Positions 27,038-38,000 of a stretch of DNA of 64,000 nt are shown here, in pieces. Source of the DNA: a virus; the IMG/VR virus record IMGVR_UViG_3300008448_000032, positions 22,903 through 86,902 of that record; one strand, written 5' to 3'. The position numbers were made by a program, and so were the translations under genes. The notes below the pieces were generated by a model. The model was not told the origin of the DNA. It saw only the letters and a list, made by a program, of their open reading frames with translations, and searched no databases. The number at the start of each line of letters is the position of its first letter. The first letter of the stretch is position 1.

Positions 27038-27832
27038 ATGACTCTAGATGAATTAGTACAAGAAATAGAGGATGCTATATCTTTTAGCTGCTCTCTTCCA
27101 TATAACCTAAATAGACAGGAAACTGAAAGAATTATAAAAAGAGCTAGAGCATGGTTTTATGATAACTATCAATATGCGGCGGAAGAAAGGATAATGGTTC
27201 TCGGTAACAATCTATTCAATCATGAAGAATTTAGAAAAACCAGACAGATCAAACTTCCTGATTCTATAGTAACTGTATATGACGTTAGAGAGGTCGGGGG
27301 AGCTGGTATTTCTGGAAACCCGGATAGAGATTTTAGCGATTCTAAATTACTAGGATCAGAATTACTCCTTTCCCCTTTTATCGGGGATAACCTAGTTTAT
27401 AGAACAGTTATGTATTCTTATTTCGATTTAGCTAAAGCATATCTATTACCTACTTATGCTTTTAAATGGAATAAGAACACTAAATTTTTAACTATATTGG
27501 GTAGAGATCCGGGGAGAAGCGGAAAAGGAGGAGGATCCCAACAAGCTCAATTGGCTCAAGGATTTGGTTCTGGCGGTAGCGACGTTGCCGTTAGATGCTT
27601 TGTTGCTATAAATGACGAATATTTATATGATGACGAATTGTTTGTTAGATATTGTATAGGAAAATGTAAAATAGCTTTAGGAACTATGCTTGGTGTATTT
27701 TCTTATACTCTTCCTGGGGGAGTACAGGTTAACTCCGGAGACATAAAAGCAAACGGGGAAGCGGAGGTTCAAGAAGTGATGGAGATGATAAATGGGGAGA
27801 ACACGGCTTCTTATTTTCTTCAATGGTCTTAA
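27038..27832 (+). CDS. gp13: Neck (head-tail adaptor) protein, T4 gp13-like
   Basis: C-terminal YTLPGGVQVN..I...GEAE signature; size and context fit. Confidence 0.75.
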   Translation: MTLDELVQEIEDAISFSCSLPYNLNRQETERIIKRARAWFYDNYQYAAEERIMVLGNNLFNHEEFRKTRQIKLPDSIVTVYDVREVGGAGISGNPDRDFSDSKLLGSELLLSPFIGDNLVYRTVMYSYFDLAKAYLLPTYAFKWNKNTKFLTILGRDPGRSGKGGGSQQAQLAQGFGSGGSDVAVRCFVAINDEYLYDDELFVRYCIGKCKIALGTMLGVFSYTLPGGVQVNSGDIKANGEAEVQEVMEMINGENTASYFLQWS

Positions 27833-27862
27833 TTCATATTATTTTTTAGATTTTTTTTCTCG

Positions 27863-27870
27863 GATATATA
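27863..27870 (+). promoter_or_regulatory. Putative late promoter box GATATATA
   Basis: Exact motif upstream of ATG 27885. Confidence 0.7.
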
Positions 27871-27884
27871 AAAAAATAAATTAT

Positions 27885-28259
27885 ATGCTGAGAGAAATTT
27901 ATAATAGAGATCCCGAAGATCCAAATTATAAAGAGGATCAAATCGAAGTTACGGATCCTTTAGAAGCTTGTCTTGGAAAAATAAAAATGCTCCTATTTAC
28001 TAAAAAAGGAGAAGTTTTAGGAGATTCTAGTTTTGGATTAGACTTAGAAGGTATGGTGTATGAATTAGAACTATCCGAAGAAGCTATAAAAAAAGAAATA
28101 CAGGACAGTATAAGAGCTTATATTCCTGAATTTTACAGTTTGGGAGGAACTTATAAATTAAATTTTTATTTAGGTACTAATAGAGATATAGCAACCCTAG
28201 ATTTTAAATTTAATTCAAATTCCGGATTAAGCCCAATAGTTACATTGTTAATAACTTAA
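27885..28259 (+). CDS. gp25: Baseplate wedge/sheath initiator, gp25-like
   Basis: IKMLLFTKKGEVLGDSSFGLDL...I...YIPE; start moved to ATG 27885. Confidence 0.8.
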   Translation: MLREIYNRDPEDPNYKEDQIEVTDPLEACLGKIKMLLFTKKGEVLGDSSFGLDLEGMVYELELSEEAIKKEIQDSIRAYIPEFYSLGGTYKLNFYLGTNRDIATLDFKFNSNSGLSPIVTLLIT

Positions 28260-28262
28260 AGA

Positions 28263-30074
28263 ATGAATATTTATAAAAAGAATAATATAGTTATAGGGGG
28301 ATTACTTTCTAGCACCTATAATTTTATATCCAGAACTTACTCGCAAAGTAAAAATTTATTTACAGTGGCTTCTGCATGGGGACAAATATTATTTGTTTTC
28401 CAGAACATATCTCAACTTATACTTTACTTTATAGAGGATTCAATTACTGAATTGAATATAGAACAAGCAACCAGAGAGTATTCGATAAGAAGTCTTGCAA
28501 GGATATCAGGATACGATCCCAGAAGGTCAGGAACTGCTCAGGGAGAAGTCATAGTTTCGTGGAATTCTTCTAATACACAAGCACAGGGCGGATCTATTAT
28601 AATACCAAGGAATACCCAAATAAGAAATCAACAAAATGGACAGATATACACTTTAATACTTCCTTCAGATAGAGTAACTGTTCCTCTCTCTTCCCAATTT
28701 ACCCCGTTGACGGTAAAAGTTGTCCAGGGATCTTTTACCTCTTCTAATTTCACTTCAAACGGAAATGTGTTATTTAGTTTTAATGTTCCTTCCCTAAATG
28801 GATTTGCTATAGATCAATTTTATATTGATGTTTATGTCAACGAAGAGAAATGGAGGAGATATGATTCTCTTTATGATATACCATTAAACGCAAAAGGATT
28901 TATAGTTAAAAGCGGAATATCTAGCGGGATAGATGTTTATTTTGGTAACTCTTTCTTCGGACAAATACCCCAAGCTGGATCTAGAATTAGAGTAGAATAT
29001 CTAAGTAGCATAGGAAGAAAAGGTAATTTAAATTCTACCCAAAATAATCCCCTTACCTGGAAATTTTTAACCAGCGGAACAGATTTATATGGAGCTTCTT
29101 TAGACCTAAATCAATATCTGAATATAGCAAACTCGATAGATCCAGATTTTGGAACGGATCCAGATGCTAGTTCTCTAATACGAATAGTAGCTCCAAAGAC
29201 CAGTAGATCTTTTGTTTTTGCAAATGCAGATAGCTATGAAATATTCTTAAATAAATTAGGGATATTTTCTCAGATACAAGCATATTCTACTTTCGATGAT
29301 GATTATTTGGATGACGATAATGTTATTTACATATACCTAATACCTGATGTAACTTTAAATATTTCTACGGATCAAGATTATTTTAGTATACCCGAACAAA
29401 ATTTTATATTAACCGAAAATCAAAAAAATAAAATTATAAATCTAATAGAAGATTCCGGTTCTATGATAGCTACTACAGTAGTTAAGATAACTTCTCCCGT
29501 CATAAAAAGATTTGTCCTTAATATAAGTATATCCATATTCCAGGGATTCGATCCCAATACGATAAGACAACAGATAAGAACTAAAATATCTGATTATATG
29601 TTAAACCTGAAAAGGAGGGACAAAATACCGAAATCTGATATCATAGCAATCGTGGAATCTATTTCGGGGATCGATTCTGTTAATGCAGAATTTATATCCC
29701 AAGACGATCAGGATAAAATAAATTCCATCTCAGCAAATACCCAGCTAAATCCTGTTGCAACTTCAGGATTAATTTCTTCAAATTTCCAAGCTCCCCAAAC
29801 CCCTTTAGGAACCCCGATTAATATTCCAGAAAATATAATATCTGCTAATTTTCAATCTTCCTCTATCGATGTTTTCGGGGACATCATAATAGGAAGAAAT
29901 CAATTGGTTTTGCTTAGAGGCGGGTGGGAAGATTCTAATGGAAATAGATATGAATCTAGCCCAATCCGAGGAAAATTAGGTCCTCTTAATATAATTATAT
30001 TAGGAAAACCAGTTCCTAATAATTTCAATACTCAATTAAATAAAACAACAAGACAATCGATTGTCAATGGATAA
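28263..30074 (+). CDS. gp6: Baseplate wedge protein, T4 gp6/baseplate-J-like
   Basis: ATREYSIRSLARISGY, VYFGNSFFGQIP, IRVEYL...G..GN; follows gp25. Confidence 0.78.
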   Translation: MNIYKKNNIVIGGLLSSTYNFISRTYSQSKNLFTVASAWGQILFVFQNISQLILYFIEDSITELNIEQATREYSIRSLARISGYDPRRSGTAQGEVIVSWNSSNTQAQGGSIIIPRNTQIRNQQNGQIYTLILPSDRVTVPLSSQFTPLTVKVVQGSFTSSNFTSNGNVLFSFNVPSLNGFAIDQFYIDVYVNEEKWRRYDSLYDIPLNAKGFIVKSGISSGIDVYFGNSFFGQIPQAGSRIRVEYLSSIGRKGNLNSTQNNPLTWKFLTSGTDLYGASLDLNQYLNIANSIDPDFGTDPDASSLIRIVAPKTSRSFVFANADSYEIFLNKLGIFSQIQAYSTFDDDYLDDDNVIYIYLIPDVTLNISTDQDYFSIPEQNFILTENQKNKIINLIEDSGSMIATTVVKITSPVIKRFVLNISISIFQGFDPNTIRQQIRTKISDYMLNLKRRDKIPKSDIIAIVESISGIDSVNAEFISQDDQDKINSISANTQLNPVATSGLISSNFQAPQTPLGTPINIPENIISANFQSSSIDVFGDIIIGRNQLVLLRGGWEDSNGNRYESSPIRGKLGPLNIIILGKPVPNNFNTQLNKTTRQSIVNG

Positions 30075-30615
30075 TAAAGATCAAAACCAAAAATTTTCTC
30101 CATTTTTTCCGGGAGATGAATTAAAGATAAGTTATTCTGTTAATGGGGTAAAATATAGAACCAATAACACTACTTTCTATAACGATAAAGATCAATACAA
30201 AACCAAAGAAGAGGCTGAAGATAGATCTATAAATATAGGATGCTCTGGATATAGAAGCTCAATAATAAATTCTACCGGAGATGTAAAATTTTATCCTTGC
30301 TCGACTTCTTCTGAGTATTCCGAAATAATGAGGGAAATGTCAACTACAGAATTAGAAAGATCCTATTATGATTTCGATCAGAGAAATAATATATTCGATG
30401 TAATGTATAGTGTTAATGATAATGCTTATTCTGGTTTTGACTACAAAGGAAAAATTCTAAATAATACCTTATCTAAAATTTTATTTAAAGATCCGACAAA
30501 AGCTAATATATTATCATATTTCGAAAAAGGATTTTTTGCTTTAGTTGAAACAACTAAACAAATAAAAAATTATTTTAACTACACAGTACCTAAAAACAAT
30601 AGGAGGGTTTTTTAA
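30067..30615 (+). CDS. Hypothetical baseplate-associated protein
   Basis: ORF between the gp6-like and gp7-like genes; ATG 30067 overlaps the end of the previous gene. Confidence 0.55.
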   Translation: MDNKDQNQKFSPFFPGDELKISYSVNGVKYRTNNTTFYNDKDQYKTKEEAEDRSINIGCSGYRSSIINSTGDVKFYPCSTSSEYSEIMREMSTTELERSYYDFDQRNNIFDVMYSVNDNAYSGFDYKGKILNNTLSKILFKDPTKANILSYFEKGFFALVETTKQIKNYFNYTVPKNNRRVF

Positions 30616-30616
30616 T

Positions 30617-33600
30617 ATGGCAGATTTAAATCTTAAATTTTTTAATAAAAGAGGAAACCCGTTAAATTTTGAATACATTGGTCCTACTGGCCCTAGTCCT
30701 TTGGATAACGTGTTTAGGTATAAAACCAACGCGGTCTCTTCCTCAAATGGAGATGTTATTTTTCAGCAATCTGGACCAAATTACACATTTCAGTTCAATT
30801 ACGACGATGTTAATTTTTTCAATATAAAAGAATGGGCTTCTGAAGTAGATTATTCTATACAAAGAGGAGCAGAAGTTTTTCTTGAAGGAAAAGTTCTATC
30901 GGGAAATAAATTTAAAGGTAAAATTTATTCTTGTGTGGATAATGGTACCTTTATTTTAATAACTATACCTGTTAATTCTTTAACTGGACAAAATATAATA
31001 AGCGGGGGAAGCACTATAGCTTTCAATACGACCTACAAAAATAGACCAGGAGGATATTTTTTCGGAAATATGTATTTCGACCAGGTCTCTGCTGGACTAT
31101 ACGAGAACGAACAAATATTTATAACCCAACAAGTAATAGGACCTTCCGGGGGAAAGGAATATAGCTACCCTAGAACTCTTGCAACGGGATCAACCTCGGG
31201 AAAATGGAGAACGAGGTGGTCAAATAATAACTATGGAAATATAGACGTAACCGAAATTATATTTACGTATAAGATATTAGATTCTCTCCCTGAGGGAGAA
31301 GGCCATCCTCTCATAGTATCTTACCCTAACCTAGCTTATACCGATGTGATAGTTTCACCTTCGGATTATTATTCCAATGGAAATTTAATTTCTCCTACCT
31401 TTAATTCTTCCGAATCTAAATCGCTTTCCGTAAATGTTGGATTAAATGGGCCTGAAGAATCTGAAGAGGTATACGAGAGAAAACTAATACTAGAGGATAT
31501 AAGTTCTGGGGCAACAGGAGAAAATGTAAAGAAGATATTAGAAGTTAATTTTTATGGTCAAATAATAGCAGAAGATGAAAGGCTAAAAGTTTTAACAAAT
31601 AATTTGGGAAGATCTTTTGACCCTGTAGATTCTATAATTCTAAGAAATCATGACCCTAAGGAGCCTTTGCCCAATTACGAAGAAATAAACGAAAAGAGAA
31701 AAGAACTTCTTTTAGCAGGGGAAGATATATTTCCATATATAGGAAGTTATAAAGGTCTAATAAATGCTCTGAAATTTTTCGGATACCAAGACTTAAGAAT
31801 AAAAGAATACTGGCTAAATTTAGATTATACCTCGGTAGAAAACATAACTCCTCCTATAGTTCAAAATCAACAAGCCATAAATCAAATAAGATCCCAGGTA
31901 TTACAGTCTGGGAGTCAGTCATATCAGATAAAAGATGTTCTCTCCAATCCAAATAGTGGGAAATATAGATTAGAACAGACGTATGGTCCAGATTCGGAGG
32001 GGAATTATGTATTGGATGTATCGTCCCAATACACATTATTTCCTACCGATGTTTATAAGAAAACCTCTTTATTCGGTTTGTATTATGATATAAACAAGGT
32101 AACATCAGAAACTGATGAGTATGGATATCCCGTAGTGGTTGACGCTTTTGCTTTTACACAAGAAGAAGTTTTGATAAAATTATTTGGTCTTAAAAAAAAG
32201 TTAAAAGAAGAATATTTACCTTTAAATGCCAGAATAATTGATATAACCGGAGAAGGAGTTTATTTTACTGTTTATAATACAAGAGCTTGGACGGATGTCA
32301 ATTCGGATTTTGTTATTAGCTCCGGAAAGATTTTTGATTTTTATATAAACCCTGATGTTTCTTACATAGGGGATATTAGAAATTTTAATATAAGACCTCT
32401 AGATCTTTCCATACAAACTCCTAGCATTTATGGCGATTCCTATGACATAGGTGTAAATGTTTTGGGAGGAACCGGAAGCGCTCTTTATTTCTCCGGATTT
32501 CCGGATTTAGGAATAACCGGTCCTTCTGGGCCAAATCCTATTCTAAATGTAGTTTCAGGAAAATCTTATACATTTAGCCTTTCTACGGAGGGATTTACTT
32601 TTTACATAACCGAATCCCCTTCTTTTTCTCAACAAGACCCTTTGGGGATAATTGGGAACGGAGCAACCTCAGGGTCAGAAAGCATTGTGTGGAATGTATC
32701 CCCTAATCAATCAGGACCAGTATATTATTACTGCCCAGAAAATTACTCTATAAACGGAACTATTAATGTTAATCCTCCCCAGCTATCCGATTTAGGCAAC
32801 ACGATAAATCCTTTAGATTTTCAGCAGAACTACACGGCAGAACAAAATAGAAATTTGATAAAATCTATAAATGAATACTATCAGTTACAACAGGAGGGAA
32901 AAATAGAGTTTTTAGGGGATGGAAAATACGATCCCCCTTCTTATACTGATCCCTCTACAAATGAACAATATCGAAGACCCATAGGATCTCCTATAGTTTT
33001 AGAATTGGGACTCGATAGATGGTCTTGGGACGAAATGAATGTTACCTGGAGATCTGTAAATGTTCCTACTTTTAAGGTGGGAGATTTTGTCCAGATAAAA
33101 TCTCTTCAAGCTTCTTTAACTCCAGGAATTAGCGGGGGATCTATATCTTCAGTAACTATAAATAGTCCGGGGCTTGGATATTCTTCTACCCCTCTTATAA
33201 CGGTAACAGGTGGAGGAGGTATAGGAGCTTCTCTAGTTCCTGTCATAACCGGGACTAAAATAACTTCTATAAGTATACTTTCGGGAGGGTCCGGGTATAC
33301 TTCTCCCCCAACTTTGAATATTTCTTTTTTACCGTCCGGAGATTCCGGGTATGTAGTTTCTACCAATTATTCTTTGGGAACCTATGACGTACAGCTTACT
33401 TCCAATTCTATGGTTTATACTTTCGAAGATATAGATCTTATCTCTTCGAATCAGGTATATTCTTCCATGACTTGGGACAATATAGATTTTTCCAATCTCG
33501 TAGAGATAGAATGGATAATAAATAAGGATTCTACACAAGAAGGATCCCCTTATAATTTTGAATTTAGAGGGCCTATAGTCGATTTTTATAGTCTTGCCCA

Positions 33601-35050
33601 CTTTATCCCCTATGTTGGAGATTTCACGATCACCTGCAATCTATATGATGCCTTTAACGCGAAGTCAACTAAGATTAAAGGGAAAAGTTTAAATATACAA
33701 CCAAAGAAAATAAAATTAGAATCTTGGGCTTCCGAAGAAGCTAGCTCTTGGACTAGATATAGAGAAGTAGAAAATTATATCTGGGAAAATGTTATTAGGG
33801 GATGGGACTCTTATGAATCTATTTGGGAATTTCCGGCAGAAGGGAAAAGTGAATCTAAGATGAAAAATCTAATCCCCGAAGAGATATTAGATTTTGCATT
33901 TTATGGAAATAAAGCCGAAGAAGGACAAGATGTTTACGTTAAAGTCAAAACCACCCCGGTCGGAGCTACAGGAGAAATACTTTTATCACAATCGTTTTTG
34001 AACGTCTCTGAGATATATTCTTTAGAGGTAACACCTTCTCAATATGGATACGTGAGAATATCTTTCTCCTCCCCCCACGGATTAAGCACCGGGGATTACG
34101 CTTATATTGTAAATACGATTCCGGAATTAGAGGGAAGCTGGAACATAACTGTTATTTCCCCACTAGAGATAAGAATAAACACCGTATTAGAATCTGTATG
34201 GTCTGGAGTTATATCTTCTGTCTCGCCTAATAGATTAAATGTGGATTCTTCTATATACACTTCCCAGCAAATAACAGGAAGTGGAGATGTTTCGGTTGTA
34301 GTTGGAGGGGTTACTATAGGATCTACTATTGCAGGTGAATCCCTTTATAACACTACAAATTATTTAATTTCTTCGATAAACAATCTAACCACATATCCAG
34401 ATTATTTTGCAACCTGTTTAGACCCAACTTCTAACCCTACGTCAATAATCATAAATGCTTCCGATGATTTGGGTAGTACCCAAAATGGAGTTACCGTGAT
34501 TGTCAATACTGATGGTCTTTTATCCACTGTATATTACGATCCAACATTAGGTAATGGTTCTAGTCCTACAGAAACTTATGAATATTGGAGTGAGTCTAGT
34601 GAAAATTACCCTAATGAAAATTTAAAATTTTGGGGAACTAAAAGAATAAATTGGGATATATTCTTTAATAACACTTGGGAAGATGGATATGCTCATTCAT
34701 GGTTGGATTTTGAATTTAATAATGATTGGCTAGGAGGATTTGAATTACACAATTTAAGTATAGGGGATTTAATATCAGTTAGCTCTGGAATATTAACTCC
34801 TCCCGATACCAAAAATTATAATTCTTCTATTTACGGTTTAGGATTCTACGGGATAACAGGATCTACTATACAGGAAATAGCAAATGAATTAAACGGAAAT
34901 TCAAATTCCCACATAGGAAATTATTACTACAGGCCGGTTCCTAACGAAACAGGTTCCTTTAGTAGCGATTCCCCTCCGATTAATTTAGGAATAAGTAGTT
35001 TTGCCCCTTCGGTTTCTCCTTATCCGGCTCCTCCTTCGGTACCTGTGTAA
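30617..35050 (+). CDS. Large baseplate wedge protein (gp7/tail-P2-I-like motif) with multiple beta domains
   Basis: FPYIGSYKGLINALKFFGY; ISSVTINSPGLGYSSTP-type repeats; PHGLSTGD beta-barrel motif. Confidence 0.6.
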   Translation: MADLNLKFFNKRGNPLNFEYIGPTGPSPLDNVFRYKTNAVSSSNGDVIFQQSGPNYTFQFNYDDVNFFNIKEWASEVDYSIQRGAEVFLEGKVLSGNKFKGKIYSCVDNGTFILITIPVNSLTGQNIISGGSTIAFNTTYKNRPGGYFFGNMYFDQVSAGLYENEQIFITQQVIGPSGGKEYSYPRTLATGSTSGKWRTRWSNNNYGNIDVTEIIFTYKILDSLPEGEGHPLIVSYPNLAYTDVIVSPSDYYSNGNLISPTFNSSESKSLSVNVGLNGPEESEEVYERKLILEDISSGATGENVKKILEVNFYGQIIAEDERLKVLTNNLGRSFDPVDSIILRNHDPKEPLPNYEEINEKRKELLLAGEDIFPYIGSYKGLINALKFFGYQDLRIKEYWLNLDYTSVENITPPIVQNQQAINQIRSQVLQSGSQSYQIKDVLSNPNSGKYRLEQTYGPDSEGNYVLDVSSQYTLFPTDVYKKTSLFGLYYDINKVTSETDEYGYPVVVDAFAFTQEEVLIKLFGLKKKLKEEYLPLNARIIDITGEGVYFTVYNTRAWTDVNSDFVISSGKIFDFYINPDVSYIGDIRNFNIRPLDLSIQTPSIYGDSYDIGVNVLGGTGSALYFSGFPDLGITGPSGPNPILNVVSGKSYTFSLSTEGFTFYITESPSFSQQDPLGIIGNGATSGSESIVWNVSPNQSGPVYYYCPENYSINGTINVNPPQLSDLGNTINPLDFQQNYTAEQNRNLIKSINEYYQLQQEGKIEFLGDGKYDPPSYTDPSTNEQYRRPIGSPIVLELGLDRWSWDEMNVTWRSVNVPTFKVGDFVQIKSLQASLTPGISGGSISSVTINSPGLGYSSTPLITVTGGGGIGASLVPVITGTKITSISILSGGSGYTSPPTLNISFLPSGDSGYVVSTNYSLGTYDVQLTSNSMVYTFEDIDLISSNQVYSSMTWDNIDFSNLVEIEWIINKDSTQEGSPYNFEFRGPIVDFYSLAHFIPYVGDFTITCNLYDAFNAKSTKIKGKSLNIQPKKIKLESWASEEASSWTRYREVENYIWENVIRGWDSYESIWEFPAEGKSESKMKNLIPEEILDFAFYGNKAEEGQDVYVKVKTTPVGATGEILLSQSFLNVSEIYSLEVTPSQYGYVRISFSSPHGLSTGDYAYIVNTIPELEGSWNITVISPLEIRINTVLESVWSGVISSVSPNRLNVDSSIYTSQQITGSGDVSVVVGGVTIGSTIAGESLYNTTNYLISSINNLTTYPDYFATCLDPTSNPTSIIINASDDLGSTQNGVTVIVNTDGLLSTVYYDPTLGNGSSPTETYEYWSESSENYPNENLKFWGTKRINWDIFFNNTWEDGYAHSWLDFEFNNDWLGGFELHNLSIGDLISVSSGILTPPDTKNYNSSIYGLGFYGITGSTIQEIANELNGNSNSHIGNYYYRPVPNETGSFSSDSPPINLGISSFAPSVSPYPAPPSVPV

Positions 35051-35076
35051 TGATAGATTATACCTTTTTTAAAAAG

Positions 35077-35085
35077 GAATATATA
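35077..35085 (+). promoter_or_regulatory. Late promoter variant GAATATATA
   Basis: Variant of the box upstream of ATG 35100. Confidence 0.45.
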
Positions 35086-35099
35086 ATAAAAAAAGATTA

Positions 35100-38000
35100 A
35101 TGCCAGGAAGTAGTATTTATATAAATCAAATAGATTTAGATCCCAATTTTTTTGTTTGGGCCACCGGACAGGATTTAAGAAAATTTAATGGAAACTCGTG
35201 GGAATATTACGACAGTACAAATTCCTCGGTTCCTAGTGGATCCCCTTATTATTTGGATACGAGATCTATATCTATAGATTCCTCGGGGTTAGCTTGGTGC
35301 GGGGTAGCTCAAGGACCAACAGCTTCTTATAATTCTCCTTGTGTATTTAATGTTTCGACCGAGGATGTTTCAGTAGGAGAAAAATGGGATTTTTCTGACC
35401 TTGGGAATTTTAATTTACCACAAGAGGTTTCCCTTGTATACTCTTCTCCTTACGGAAATGAAATTTTGACTTTTTTATCTCCTTTGAATGGGATAGGATC
35501 TACAGGAGCAACCTCTTATACAAGAATAAATGGGGTTACCGGGGGTAGACTATTCTTTTACGATAAAAATATAGAAAAATGGAACGAGACCCTTCCTGGA
35601 TATACGTGGCCCCATATATTTGAAATAAAGGCAAAAGGGTATAAAGGAAAAGAATATAAATATTTTCTAGGAACTACCCAAGGTTTATGGATAGTTCCCC
35701 CTGGAATTCTTTCTACTATTTCATTAGAAGGAGGAGGAGAAATAGTTAAACAATCAAAAGTTTACAATACAAGTACCAGTGGCATAATATCCAATCAAGT
35801 ATACACTTTAGATTTTGACGAAAATGGAAATCTTTGGATAGGAACGGATCAAGGGATATCCTTTTTCGATGGACATAAATTCTGGAATTACGATACTTCT
35901 GGCCCGGTCACATACATAAAATCGAGAGAAAATGGACACGTTTTCTATTCCATAGGGGACGGGGAGCTTTCCCAGGGAACTGGGCTTTGGCATTTTAATG
36001 GAACTACGCATACTAACATTAATTCTTCTAATTCGAATCTTCCGAATGATAATATAATAAATATAGATCTAATAGAAAATGGAACTAAGCAATCAAATTT
36101 AACTTTATATGAAAATTCTTTATGGATTCTTTGTTTGAATGAAATTTCATCTTTTACTTATGATCTTCCCCATGTTTATGCTTCTTCCAAAAGCGAAGGA
36201 GCTACTGGGTGGAATTTTACATATCGTGTTCCTTACGGGGGAACTGGAGCTACCGGAGCTCCCCCTCTAGCTAAAATGAATAAATATACATGGGGCTATC
36301 CGGAATGGCAAACTTATGATACTGAATTTGTATCTTCTAAACTTCCCGGAACGGATCCTAGAAACCTTTTCCTTACTGTTCCTCTTAAAGATATTTCAGA
36401 CGGAAAAGCTGGGGAGCAATACTATTGGAGTAATTCCCCGATAGCTAGTCATGAAGAAAAAGTTCTTAGCGAAAAAATAGGTCTTTCCATGTGGGAATCC
36501 CCTGTCGGGGTAGGAGGATCCGGTGGAGATGTTAAAATCACATGCTCGACGTCAATAGAAACAGATTTGGGTATTAAGTATTTTGTAGGAGGGTATATCA
36601 CCGGTGAAACCCAAGCTTTCTTTGGGTATTATAACGATTCTTCTCTAGCATATGTTAATAACTTAAATCCGACTATAGGAGGATCTGGGGGAACTGCTGG
36701 ATCTTCAAGTTATTATGGCGAAATGGGATTTGTTGTATGTTACGATTATTCTGGGTCTGTAGAAAGTATTTTACCTTTCAGGGGATATAAAACTAGAGTA
36801 GATTCTTTAGATCCTAGCCCTGATGATAATTCAATATCCGTTTCTGGAAGTTATTCCTGGTTCATAGAATCTGGACCTTGGGTATGGAATTCATGGGAGG
36901 GAGCTAATTCGTTTTCAGGAAATGGAGCTACCGGATCACCATACGGAGCGACTAATTTAAATTATCCAGGATTAACTTCAGGATCTTATCCTTGGATATA
37001 CGATCCGCTATCATCATTTTCAGTTTTATTTTCATCTTTTTGGACTTACGATCCAATGGCTACCTCTACAATTTCTTCTGGAGAATTTGATTTTTCATAT
37101 GATGGATCTGGATATAATATAGAAAATATAAATGGGATCTACATATCTTTTATTGATGATACTTCTATCGATTATACATCTCAGATGGAAAGTCTTGTTA
37201 CCGCAAATTCTATAGAAGTATCTCTATTCCCTTCTATTTATACTATTACTTCCATATCTTCGATACCATCAGGACTTTTTATAGGACTTATTTATCAATC
37301 TGGATCTACTGGGGTTATTCCTTTTGTTGGGGGAACTAGTTTAAGATTAGATTTTTACGAATGGAACAACGAAGCATATCCTCTAGTTAAAAATATAGGA
37401 TCTTTCCCTGGAACACCTGAAGCAAATTCATATGGCGTTTTCTCTGCGGAAATACACAGAGAGATAGGTGATAAATTCTCTTTTACCGGAATAACCGGCG
37501 ATTATAATTCGGGAATAAATTCTTCTTATCGGGTTAAAAAATTTAGGAATTTCCCTGTTAAAAATTTAAATACCCTTTCGGGAAATAATTATGTTCCCCT
37601 TACCTCAATACAAAGGACTAATTACCATACGCATTTATTAATACAGTCCAATCTTTCTGGAAATCTTGCAGATCTATCCACTTTAAAAAATGATTGGATC
37701 TGGACGAATGATAATTCTTCCGTTGATAATTACCTTTCGGATCCAGCTTATACCGGATTACTTTCTTATGTAAAGATAAATAATTTAGATTATTCTCTTC
37801 AATCCAATTATAATTCAAATACTCCTGGTTCTACTGGGGGATGGATAAGGGTTGGATCTGAAATAAATGCTTTAGATCTTGGTGAATCTGTTGTCATAAC
37901 CGGATCTGCTACTGGAGGATTTTATTTTTCTGGGAATTATCTTTCTCCTTCGGGATCTTCCAATTCTCCTTTTTATATATCGATAACCGATAACCCTGTA

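Noticed and set aside
5168-27884. Track start codons at 5168, 7850, 9345 (minus) and 27792
   Set aside because: They overlap promoter boxes or neighbouring genes. Downstream ATGs at 5186, 7898, 9273 and 27885 have A-rich leaders and fit better.
35041-35102. Readthrough or frameshift joining the 1477-aa and 1352-aa genes
   Set aside because: There are three consecutive stops (TAA TGA TAG), the next gene is in a different frame, and it has its own promoter-like box.
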